Shown: in pieces, positions 9,998 through 19,419 of the stretch
How the letters are laid out: every line of letters starts with the position of its first letter
Position numbering within the stretch: position 1 is the stretch's first letter
Source: Bdellovibrionales bacterium
Lineage (GTDB): Bacteria; Bdellovibrionota; Bdellovibrionia; Bdellovibrionales; JAUICD01
Direction of reading: 5' to 3'
Assembly (NCBI GenBank): GCA_965262715.1
Contig: OZ253553.1
Coordinates: 544,001-608,000, forward strand
DNA: 64,000 bases
Program-made: the position numbers and the translations under genes
Notes under the pieces: generated by a model
The model's database searches: none
What the model was told of the DNA's origin: nothing
Seen by the model: only the letters and a program-made list of their open reading frames with translations

Positions 9998-10776
9998 ATT
10001 TTGTTGCATGCCTCCATAAATTAAGCATTAAAATCAATATTTTTTGTTCTAACTCTCTTTTTTTATTTATATTTGTAGTCTTAGTTAAAGATTTTGACAT
10101 AATATTTTGAATATGTTCAAATGGCCAATATTTTCCAGAGAAATTTGACTCAAATGTGAAGGAGAGGATGTATGAAATATTCTTTAAAAAAACAAATAAG
10201 CTTATTTTTTATAGTATTTATTGGAGGAAGCCAGCTTTTTGCGCAAGATGATGTGTCGAATGATATTTCAGAACTTATATCACAGACTATAAGTGCTAGT
10301 TATACTATTAGCCCCTCTTTTCCTCATTTAAGAGTAGTTCTTTCAGACCTATTAAGAAGTATAGATAGAGATGTTGAAGAGAGACCAGTGAAGTTTGATC
10401 AGATATTTATGGTACTTACTCCTCTTACAAGAGCAGTTCTCTTAGATCTTATGGATGAAGATGTTTTTAAAGAGAGACCAATGAATTTCCATCAGATATT
10501 TATGCTGCTTGGGAGTTTATGTCCAATATATTCATTTCCAGTAGAGTTATTTGAAATATTTGAGCCAATTCTTCAAGAATCAAGTCAATTTGAAGAAATT
10601 GTTATAAACATTGAGTTTGGTGGAAATGGATCTGAAAGAGAGTCTTTTGTTTTGTCACAGGAAGAAGTACATTTTCTAAGGGAGATAATAAGATGTTCTG
10701 AAGAAGAAGCGGAAATAGAAGAAAGAAATGATTATATTGATTTTAATGCTTAATTTATGGAGGCATGCAACAAAAT
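9998..10776. repeat. Segment bounded by perfect 43-bp inverted repeats (9998-10040 and 10734-10776)
   Basis: attttgttgcatgcctccataaattaagcattaaaatcaatat and its exact reverse complement. Confidence 0.9.
10172..10753 (+). CDS. Hypothetical secreted protein inside the 43-bp inverted-repeat cassette
   Basis: SD GGAG upstream, signal peptide ending LFA, internal repeat ERPVKFDQIFM/ERPMNFHQIFM; the stop codon lies within the right repeat. Confidence 0.65.
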   Translation: MKYSLKKQISLFFIVFIGGSQLFAQDDVSNDISELISQTISASYTISPSFPHLRVVLSDLLRSIDRDVEERPVKFDQIFMVLTPLTRAVLLDLMDEDVFKERPMNFHQIFMLLGSLCPIYSFPVELFEIFEPILQESSQFEEIVINIEFGGNGSERESFVLSQEEVHFLREIIRCSEEEAEIEERNDYIDFNA

Positions 10777-10966
10777 GGGTAATACCAGAGGAGTAGGATG
10801 ATAGCCTGCTGATTGATGTTGATAAGAGAGGAAATCAGAGTTTATAGGACTAAAAAATTTAGAAACAAGAAAGAGAAAAAATCAGCTGTTATAATACACC
10901 CTTGCTTTTCAAGTAGTTTATTTCTGTAATGGTTGGAATTTATTTCTACAGTTTGATCCTTATCTT

Positions 10967-11133
10967 TATCCTTGAAAAAGGATATTCTATATTATTTCAC
11001 TACTTAGTAAAAACTCAAAAGAAGCTTATTTTGAAGGTGTTCATAAGAGGTATAATATTTTATTAAAGAAATAAAAAATATCAATTATTATTTATACAAA
11101 GTTATTTTCCGGGAATCTGGCAACCCGGCAGTC
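10967..11133 (+). pseudogene. Internally deleted hipBA relic: one HipB-type operator plus a copy of the hipA 3' end and flank
   Basis: TATCC-N8-GGATA at 10967-10984; 11003-11133 is a gap-free 131-bp near-copy of 14068-14198. Confidence 0.75.
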
Positions 11134-11422
11134 CGGAAAACAGTATCCGGAATCTGGCATCGGTGATTTTGTTAATTTTTTTTTGTTAAAATTTAAGTTA
11201 CCTGATGCTGTCTCCGGCTTGCCTGATTGCTGGATCCCGGAAAAATTAATATTCTATCAGTTAGAATATATATAAACTTTATTATTATGTCATATTCTGA
11301 GACAGTTTGTTTATCGATGGATAAAAAATTTTGAGTTTTGATATAAGATGATTTTAAAAAAAGTAGCAATGTTAGATAAAATAGGTGATATAATTATAAA
11401 GTAGGGTTAAAGAGGTGAAGCA

Positions 11423-11965
11423 ATGGTAAGGCTTATTTTAAATCAAAAAGGAATATCTATGATAGAGATCCTTATTGTGGTGGTGATTGTTGGCCTTTTG
11501 GCCACTATGGGTATCCCAGGTTATCAACAGTTAAAAAGGAATAGTTACCAGCAATCAGGTATGGCCCAGCTAGCCGCTTACCACCGTGCTGCAAAGATCA
11601 TGATAGGGGAATTTGCCTACAACCCTGGTAATTTTGTAGCTATAGGTTTTAAACTTGAAGGAGATTATTATTATAGGATAAAGGCTGCAGATGGTGAAGA
11701 TCCACCTGATTATTACCCTAATCAAGGGAGTTGTGAATCTACAGAAGTTCCTACGCTACCAGGAGGTTGTTCTCAGTTTTGTGAAGGTTCACCATTAGAG
11801 TGTCCTTGGCGTGAACTATTAAGTTCCTATAAGGATGCATCACCGCTTCCAAGCCCAACAATTTCTGTAGATGGTATGAGGTTCAAAGCATATGCCTATT
11901 CTAATGATGAAGAGAATTATCTTTGTACAGATGAAGCTGGGGTTTATGCTGGTGATTGTCCATAA
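11423..11965 (+). CDS. Type IV pilin-like protein
   Basis: Prepilin cleavage/methylation site KG|ISMIEILIVVVIVGLLA with E5; Cys-rich C-terminus. Confidence 0.85.
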   Translation: MVRLILNQKGISMIEILIVVVIVGLLATMGIPGYQQLKRNSYQQSGMAQLAAYHRAAKIMIGEFAYNPGNFVAIGFKLEGDYYYRIKAADGEDPPDYYPNQGSCESTEVPTLPGGCSQFCEGSPLECPWRELLSSYKDASPLPSPTISVDGMRFKAYAYSNDEENYLCTDEAGVYAGDCP

Positions 11966-12154
11966 TTATCTTCTTTAAGTCATTTTTCTCCCGGAATCTG
12001 GCAATCCAGCAGTCGGGCAATTAGTTCCCGGAAACCGGTTTCCCGGAAGCCAGATCCCTGGTAAATGGGGAATTCTAGGGGCTGGTTACCTTTCGAAGTT
12101 TTATTTAAACAGCTTATGTTGAATAAAATAGACATGAAGTTTAATGATAGAGGT

Positions 12155-12310
12155 AGAAGCATGGAGCTTCTCTTTTTCACTAACTGGCAGGCGTCCTCCG
12201 TGCCATGTATACTGTGACTTTTGATTTTATATAGAATAAAAATCTCTCTAAAAGTGTGTCTCATAAGGCATTGGACAAGAGCTAGTTCACAAGAGAAGCT
12301 GTATGCTTTT
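12155..12310. repeat. ~150-bp long-hairpin element (family H), copy 1
   Basis: aagcatggagcttctctt...aagagaagctgtatgctt ends; inner ccgtgcc, tatagaataaaa and aaggcattgg shared with 22750-22903. Confidence 0.6.
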
Positions 12311-12379
12311 AATTTCAAGAACTTATCGCAAAAGTAAACAGCCCCTTAGTTATAAACTAAATGTTACTTTGCTTGTTTT

Positions 12380-12479
12380 TATCTTTAAAAAAAGATATTT
12401 AGATATAATTTGACTATTTATATCCTTAAATAAGGTTATTATATATTATTCTATTTGTTTTTATCCTTAAAAAAGGATA
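12380..12479 (+). promoter_or_regulatory. Three HipB-type operators
   Basis: TATCT-N8-AGATA (12380), TATCC-N8-GGTTA (12421) and TATCC-N8-GGATA (12462), spaced 41 bp apart. They match the E. coli HipB operator consensus TATCC-N8-GGATA. Confidence 0.8.
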
Positions 12480-12505
12480 TTATTATAAAAAAAAGGGTTA
12501 TTTAT

Positions 12506-12739
12506 ATGAAAAAAGGTATTGAAGAAACAGAGGTATCAAGATTTGGTTTGTTCATTAAACAAAAGCGTAAAAATAGAGGTATAACTCAAAAGGAGTTAGC
12601 TAGGCATGCAAGGGTCAGTTTTACATTGGTCAATCGTATAGAAAATGGAGATATAAAATTAAATATATCTTCTGTAAATAAAGTTTTGAAAGTTTTTGGA
12701 TGCGCACTTGCCCCTGTTCGTTTAGAGATTAAAGAATGA
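12506..12739 (+). CDS. hipB: XRE-family HTH antitoxin (HipB-like)
   Basis: IKQKRKNRGITQKELARHARVSFTLVNRIENG; ATGA overlap with hipA; ATG 12506 preferred over TTG 12455. Confidence 0.82.
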   Translation: MKKGIEETEVSRFGLFIKQKRKNRGITQKELARHARVSFTLVNRIENGDIKLNISSVNKVLKVFGCALAPVRLEIKE

Positions 12740-14139
12740 AAAATATTGCAAATGAAGAGAATTATATGTCAGAGATAAAAAAAATAATAAATACAAAGAA
12801 GGCTTGGGTTTATTTAAGAGATATTCTAGCAGGGGAGCTTGAAAAATCCGATGAGGCTTCTGTAGTTTTTAAATTCACTTATTTTAAAGATTATTTAGAA
12901 AGTCAAAACCCAGAAATAGCTCGAGCTTTTCCTAAAAGAAAAGAATCTTATATCAGTTCAGATTTACACCCTTTTTTTGATAATCTTATTGTTGAAGGAT
13001 GGTTATTAACATATACAGAAAAACTTTTACATATTCATAAATTAGATCGTTTCAAACTGCTTATGGCTACAGGAAGCGCTCCTATTGGGGCTGTAAGTGT
13101 GAGACCTGTTTATAATCAACAACCTATCAATATGACTGAAGTTCTTTTTAATAAAAACACAGAAGTTCACTTTATTAAAGAACCTAATAAGATGAGAGAT
13201 ACATTTCATTTTTGTCCATCTTGTTTTCGGGAATTAGGAGGGGATGAAGTGCATAGAAAGTGTACTATAGCTATGTGGGGCACAACAAGAAAGTTGAAAT
13301 TAAAAATAAATAAAGATAGTCCTGATGAAATGTTTGGATCTACTATTTATGGAGGTTCTATATCTGGTCATCAAAAAAAGGGAATGTTTAAAATCAACAG
13401 CAGGACAGGTGAATTGGTACCTACACCTGATAGAGCAACTCATATCTTAAAGCCATCTGGACATTTACCAGAGTTGCCAGAAAATGAACATGTCACAATG
13501 GCTATTGCAAAAGCTTTGAAATTTCCTACACCTTCGTTTGATTTGTTGGAATTTGAAGGCATAGGGAGAGTGTTTGCCACTGCTCGCTTTGATCGCAGTT
13601 TGGATGGAATGAGATTGCCATTGATGCAAGAGGATATGTGTCAGGTTATAGGGGTTTCAAGTGATAGAAAATATGATCTAAGTTATGAGAAGATTGCAAA
13701 AGCAATTAGAAAACACAGCTTGGCGCCTTTGGTTGATCTTTATGATTTTTATCGTAGGTTTGTTTTTTGTTATCTTGTGCTTAATGGGGATATGCACTTA
13801 AAAAATTGGTCTTTACTTGAAAGTCAAAAAGAGTTAGGTAGCTTTGTATTAGCGCCCTGTTACGATCTTTTAAATACAAGAATTTTTTTATCAAGAGAGT
13901 TAACGGATATAGCTCTACAGTTGAATGGAAAAGATAGGAATCTTACTAAAAAGGATATTTCCTATTTTGGTAAAGATATTGGTCTTAGTGCTGAAACTAT
14001 TGAACTTATTTTTAGCGAGCTTTCAAGCTGGTTGGAGGTGATTAAAAAATACATAAATTTGTGTTTGCTTAGTAAGAAGTCAAAAGAAGCTTACCTTGAA
14101 GGTGTTTATAAAAGGTATAACATTTTATTAAAGAAATAA
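12736..14139 (+). CDS. hipA: HipA-family Ser/Thr kinase toxin (N-terminal couple_hipA domain + kinase)
   Basis: LHPFFDNLIVEGW, SISGHQKK P-loop, ENEH, EDMCQ, NGDMHLKN and APCYD. Confidence 0.92.
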   Translation: MKNIANEENYMSEIKKIINTKKAWVYLRDILAGELEKSDEASVVFKFTYFKDYLESQNPEIARAFPKRKESYISSDLHPFFDNLIVEGWLLTYTEKLLHIHKLDRFKLLMATGSAPIGAVSVRPVYNQQPINMTEVLFNKNTEVHFIKEPNKMRDTFHFCPSCFRELGGDEVHRKCTIAMWGTTRKLKLKINKDSPDEMFGSTIYGGSISGHQKKGMFKINSRTGELVPTPDRATHILKPSGHLPELPENEHVTMAIAKALKFPTPSFDLLEFEGIGRVFATARFDRSLDGMRLPLMQEDMCQVIGVSSDRKYDLSYEKIAKAIRKHSLAPLVDLYDFYRRFVFCYLVLNGDMHLKNWSLLESQKELGSFVLAPCYDLLNTRIFLSRELTDIALQLNGKDRNLTKKDISYFGKDIGLSAETIELIFSELSSWLEVIKKYINLCLLSKKSKEAYLEGVYKRYNILLKK

Positions 14140-14528
14140 AAAATATCAATTATTATTTATACAAAGTTATTTTCCGGGAAACAGGCAACCCGGCAGTCAG
14201 TTTCCGGGATCCATTCAGTCCATTCTTGAGAGCTAGATTATAGTTTATCTAAAAAGATATAGATGAAACTTTCTACTTTCTTAATTCCTAAATCCCGGAG
14301 TTCAGTTTCACAGAGACCGGATTCCGGGTAAAAAGAAGTTCTAGAAGCCATCTCAAAAATGCAGCTAGAGATAACAATTTTAGAAAAAATACCAGCTTTA
14401 TATTATACAAAGAATTCCATGAGATGGCCTTTACTCAAAATGAATAGAAGACAAGCCTCTCGAGGCAAGCCTTTTTGAGGATTGCCCATGAAATAAATCT
14501 AGGTACTGATCCGATGGCAAGAATAAAG

Positions 14529-17500
14529 TTTCCCTAACATTGTGTTAAGAAACAAGAAGATCCTCCCTACTAAAATGCATTAGCCTTTCTAGGCAGTAAG
14601 CTATTTGCTGACGATGTGAACCGCCTGAGCTGACTACCAGAAAGTCGCCAGAGGCTAGCCTCGAGAGGCGAGATGCATTTTAGAGAAAAAAAAGCAGGTT
14701 CATTTTGAGGAAGACAGCTTTTTTATATAAGAAATTAGAGGTAATAGGTACAAATGTTCATAGACTTTTACTGAAACAGCACGATTCCCTTAACATGATG
14801 TTAAATAATGAGGAGTATCTGGTTTACTAAAATGCATCAGGCTTTCCAGGTAGTCAGCTATTTGCTGACGATGTGAACCGCCTGAGCTGACTACCAGAAA
14901 GTCGCCAGAGGCTCGCCTCGAGAGGCGAGATGCATTTTAGTGAAAAAAAAGCAGGTTTATTTTGAGGAAGACAGCTCTTTTATATAAGAAATTAGAGGTA
15001 ATAGGTACAAACGTTCATAGACTTTTACTGAAACAGCACGATTCCCTTAACATGATGTTAAATAATGAGGAGTATCTGGTTTACTAAAATGCATCAGGCT
15101 TTCTAGGTAGTCAGCTATTTGCTGACGATGTGAACCGCCTGAGCTGACTACCAGAAAGTCGCCAGAGGCTCGCCTCGAGAGGCGAGATGCATTTTAGTGA
15201 AAAAAAAGCAGGTTTATTTTGAGGAAGACAGCTCTTTTATATAAGAAATTAGAGGTAATAGGTACAAACGTTCATAGACTTTTACTGAAACAGCACGATT
15301 CCCTTAACATGATGTTAAATAATGAGGAGTATCTGGTTTACTAAAATGCATCAGGCTTTCTAGGTAGTCAGCTATTTGCTGACGATGTGAACCGCCTGAG
15401 CTGACTACCAGAAAGTCGCCAGAGGCTCGCCTCGAGAGGCGAGATGCATTTTAGTGAAAAAAAAGCAGGTTTATTTTGAGGAAGACAGCTCTTTTATATA
15501 AGAAATTAGAGGTAATAGGTACAAACGTTCATAGACTTTTACTGAAACAGCACGATTCCCTTAACATGATGTTAAATAATGAGGAGTATCTGGTTTACTA
15601 AAATGCATCAGGCTTTCTAGGTAGTCAGCTATTTGCTGACGATGTGAACCGCCTGAGCTGACTACCAGAAAGTCGCCAGAGGCTCGCCTCGAGAGGCGAG
15701 ATGCATTTTAGTGAAAAAAAAGCAGGTTTATTTTGAGGAAGACAGCTCTTTTATATAAGAAATTAGAGGTAATAGGTACAAACGTTCATAGACTTTTACT
15801 GAAACAGCACGATTCCCTTAACATGATGTTAAATAATGAGGAGTATCTGGTTTACTAAAATGCATTAGCCTTTCTAGGCAGTAAGCTATTTGCTGACGAT
15901 GTGAACCGCCTGAGCTGACTACCAGAAAGTCGCCAGAGGCTAGCCTCGAGAGGCGAGATGCATTTTAGAGAAAAAAAAGCAGGTTCATTTTGAGGAAGAC
16001 AGCTTTTTTATATAAGAAATTAGAGGTAATAGGTACAAATGTTCATAGACTTTTACTGAAACAGCACGATTCCCTTAACATGATGTTAAATAATGAGGAG
16101 TATCTGGTTTACTAAAATGCATCAGGCTTTCTAGGTAGTCAGCTATTTGCTGACGATGTGAACCGCCTGAGCTGACTACCAGAAAGTCGCCAGAGGCTCG
16201 CCTCGAGAGGCGAGATGCATTTTAGTGAAAAAAAAGCAGGTTCATTTTGAGGAAGACAGCCCTTTTATATAAGAAATTAGAGGTAATAGGTACAAACGTT
16301 CATAGACTTTTACTGAAACAGCACGATTCCCTTAACATGATGTTAAATAATGAGGAGTATCTGGTTTACTAAAATGCATCAGGCTTTCTAGGTAGTCAGC
16401 TATTTGCTGACGATGTGAACCGCCTGAGCTGACTACCAGAAAGTCGCCAGAGGCTAGCCTCGAGAGGCGAGATGCATTTTAGTGAAAAAAAAGCAGGTTC
16501 ATTTTGAGGAAGACAGCCCTTTTATATAAGAAATTAGAGGTAATAGGTACAAACGTTCATAGACTTTTACTGAAACAGCACGATTCCCTTAACATGATGT
16601 TAAATAATGAGGAGTATCTGGTTTACTAAAATGCATCAGGCTTTCTAGGTAGTCAGCTATTTGCTGACGATGTGAACCGCCTGAGCTGACTACCAGAAAG
16701 TCGCCAGAGGCTAGCCTCGAGAGGCGAGATGCATTTTAGTGAAAAAAAAGCAGGTTCATTTTGAGGAAGACAGCTCTTTTATATAAGAAATTAGAGGTAA
16801 TAGGTACAAACGTTCATAGACTTTTACTGAAACAGCACGATTCCCTTAACATGATGTTAAATAATGAGGAGTATCTCGTTTACTAAAATGCATCAGGCTT
16901 TCTAGGTAGTCAGCTATTTGCTGACGATGTGAACCGCCTGAGCTGACTACCAGAAAGTCGCCAGAGGCTCGCCTCGAGAGGCGAGATGCATTTTAGTGAA
17001 AAAAAAGCAGGTTCATTTTGAGGAAGACAGCCCTTTTATATAAGAAATTAGAGGTAATAGGTACAAACGTTCATAGACTTTTACTGAAACAGCACGATTC
17101 CCTTAACATGATGTTAAATAATGAGGAGTATCTGGTTTACTAAAATGCATCAGGCTTTTTAGGTAGTCAGCTATTTGCTGACGATGTGAACCGCCTGAGC
17201 TGACTACCAGAAAGTCGCCAGAGGCTCGCCTCGAGAGGCGAGATGCATTTTAGTGAAAAAAAAGCAGGTTTATTTTGAGGAAGACAGCTCTTTTATATAA
17301 GAAATTAGAGGTAATAGGTACAAATGTTCATAGACTTTTACTGAAACAGCACGATTCCCTTAACATGATGTTAAATAATGAGGAGTATCTGGTTTACTAA
17401 AATGCATCAGGCTTTCTAGGTAGTCAGCTATTTGCTGACGATGTGAACCGCCTGAGCTGACTACCAGAAAGTCGCCAGAGGCTCGCCTCGAGAGGCGAGA

Positions 17501-18299
17501 TGCATTTTAGTGAAAAAAAAGCAGGTTCATTTTGAGGAAGACAGCTCTTTTATATAAGAAATTAGAGGTAATAGGTACAAACGTTCATAGACTTTTACTG
17601 AAACAGCACGATTCCCTTAACATGATGTTAAATAATGAGGAGTATCTGGTTTACTAAAATGCATCAGGCTTTCTAGGTAGTCAGCTATTTGCTGACGATG
17701 TGAACCGCCTGAGCTGACTACCAGAAAGTCGCCAGAGGCTAGCCTCGAGAGGCGAGATGCATTTTAGTGAAAAAAAAGCAGGTTCATTTTGAGGAAGACA
17801 GCCCTTTTATATAAGAAATTAGAGGTAATAGGTACAAACGTTCATAGACTTTTACTGAAACAGCACGATTCCCTTAACATGATGTTAAATAATGAGGAGT
17901 ATCTGGTTTACTAAAATGCATCAGGCTTTCTAGGTAGTCAGCTATTTGCTGACGATGTGAACCGCCTGAGCTGACTACCAGAAAGTCGCCAGAGGCTCGC
18001 CTCGAGAGGCGAGATGCATTTTAGTGAAAAAAAAGCAGGTTCATTTTGAGGAAGACAGCTCTTTTATATAAGAAATTAGAGGTAATAGGTACAAACGTTC
18101 ATAGACTTTTACTGAAACAGCACGATTCCCTTAACATGATGTTAAATAATGAGGAGTATCTCGTTTACTAAAATGCATCAGGCTTTCTAGGTAGTCAGCT
18201 ATTTGCTGACGATGTGAATCGTCAGGCTGACTACCAGAAAGTCGCCAGTCAGGCTGACTACCAGAAAGTCGCCAGAGGCGAGATGCATTTTAGTGAAAA
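14529..18299 (+). repeat. Non-coding tandem array of 15 copies of a 257-bp structured unit (family D)
   Basis: Marker gctgacgatgtgaa at 14607, 14864, 15121, 15378, 15635, 15892, 16149, 16406, 16663, 16920, 17177, 17434, 17691, 17948 and 18205 (exact 257-bp period). No ORF in the track; no unique spacers. Confidence 0.97.
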
Positions 18300-18375
18300 T
18301 AGTTAGATAAAGTTATGAACCACTGGAAATGTTTATTAAGTTTTTATTTTTGAGACCAGTTCTAATTAAGTTGTA

Positions 18376-18687
18376 TCATGCTACTGTGACAGTTAAGTTA
18401 ATGTGTGCATCTCTTAACTTGTCTTGGAGTGCAAGTTGAATCCAATATGCTTCTGGTTCTCCAATAGCACAAGCAATATTTTTTGCTGTTGTAGGAGATG
18501 GGATCTTCTTTCCTTTCTCAATATCAGAAAGACTTTGAACAGATAGTCCCAATAGAGCAGCACATTTACGTAAGGTTAAATTACGACATTGCCTTTCTGA
18601 AGCAATAGCAGATGCAAAAGTGAGTCTTCCAATATCTCGACTAAGTTCTTTTGTTCCATATTTTATCGTATATTTTTTCTTTGCCAT
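18376..18687 (-). CDS. XRE-family HTH protein (HigA-like antitoxin)
   Basis: LTLRKCAALLGLSVQSLSDIEKGKKIPS...YWIQLALQD. Confidence 0.8.
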   Translation of the reverse strand: MAKKKYTIKYGTKELSRDIGRLTFASAIASERQCRNLTLRKCAALLGLSVQSLSDIEKGKKIPSPTTAKNIACAIGEPEAYWIQLALQDKLRDAHINLTVTVA

Positions 18688-18697
18688 TGTATTTCCT

Positions 18698-18760
18698 TTA
18701 ATATTTGTGTTTGTGCACTCAAATTATAATAATAAAATTTATATTTGCATCTATTTTTAT
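18698..18760 (-). pseudogene. Possible C-terminal remnant of a HigB/RelE-like toxin
   Basis: Reads IKIDANINFIIII*VHKHKY* and ends 10 nt before the HTH start. It resembles the ..EVNKHxY C-terminus I associate with toxins preceding such HTH genes. The rest is replaced by repeat DNA. Confidence 0.4.
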
Positions 18761-18821
18761 GTTTTTTCCGGTAGTCCGGTAAACCGGTAGTCGGGCCATC
18801 AGTTCCCGGAAACCGGTTTCA

Positions 18822-19347
18822 CGGAGGCCAGATCCCGGATAAAAAAAGAAACCTTTTGTAAAATATATTGTAACCTCTTGACTATTTGAATAAAAAACAC
18901 ATTCATTTTCCTTAAAATAAACTAACTTCTGTTTCACTAAAATGCATCTGGCCTCTGGCCATTTTCTGGCGATGACCCTGACATGTTTACACTGTCAGTA
19001 TGGTCATCGCCTGGAAAAATTGATGCATTTTAGTAGGGAGGATATCTTCATTGTCTTACGTCATGTTAGGGAAATCCTTGTTGTTTATCAGTCAGCCTGA
19101 CGGGTCGTAGCGTCAGTAAAAAGCTGATTGCCTCAAAAATTCATTTATTTTAAGGAGGGAGATATTCTTTATGTTCTTACATCATGTTAAGGAAAACTTT
19201 CTATAATGTATTTTAAAGATTCATAACTACTTAAACATTTTTCCAAGTTCCCAGAGATCGGATTCCCGGAGGCCATGTCCCGGATAAAAAAAGAAAACTT
19301 TTATAAAATATATTGTAACCCCTTGACTATTTGAATAAAAAACACAT
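18822..19347 (+). repeat. 81-bp direct repeat (18822-18902 and 19267-19347) containing the dnaJ promoter-like motif
   Basis: cggaggcca..tcccggataaaaaaagaaa.ctttt.taaaatatattgtaacc.cttgactatttgaataaaaaacacat occurs twice, 445 bp apart. Confidence 0.85.
18929..19196 (-). repeat. Two family D elements in reverse orientation (18929-19074 complete, 19089-19196 partial)
   Basis: actaaaatgcatc...gatgcattttagt ends; ggcgatgacc/ggtcatcgcc stem; atgttaaggaaa flank. Confidence 0.8.
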
Positions 19348-19349
19348 CT
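19321..19349 (+). promoter_or_regulatory. Putative heat-shock (RpoH-like) promoter of dnaJ
   Basis: CCTTGACT..TTGAA...CACAT, shared with the dnaK upstream region; resembles CTTGAA-N13-17-CCCCAT. Confidence 0.45.
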
Positions 19350-19419
19350 TATAAGAGCGGATGTATCCAAATGGGGTCTATTCTTTCGTCTTATTATAAA
19401 GCAATAAATAGGTTTGAGT

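Noticed and set aside
11980..12318. 112-aa minus-strand ORF, and the 72-aa ORF at 18719-18937
   Set aside because: Their shared GSGxRETGFREL text is simply translated family G repeat DNA.
14529..18299. CRISPR array, integron cassette array or type III TA antitoxin repeats
   Set aside because: Units are 257 bp and near-identical with no unique spacers or cassette ORFs. No cas, integrase or ToxN-like gene is adjacent, and known type III repeats are far shorter.
14529..18299. Array as a repetitive protein-coding gene
   Set aside because: The period is not a multiple of 3, the track shows no ORF, and only tiny frames (MHQAF*, MMLNNEEYLVY*) are visible.
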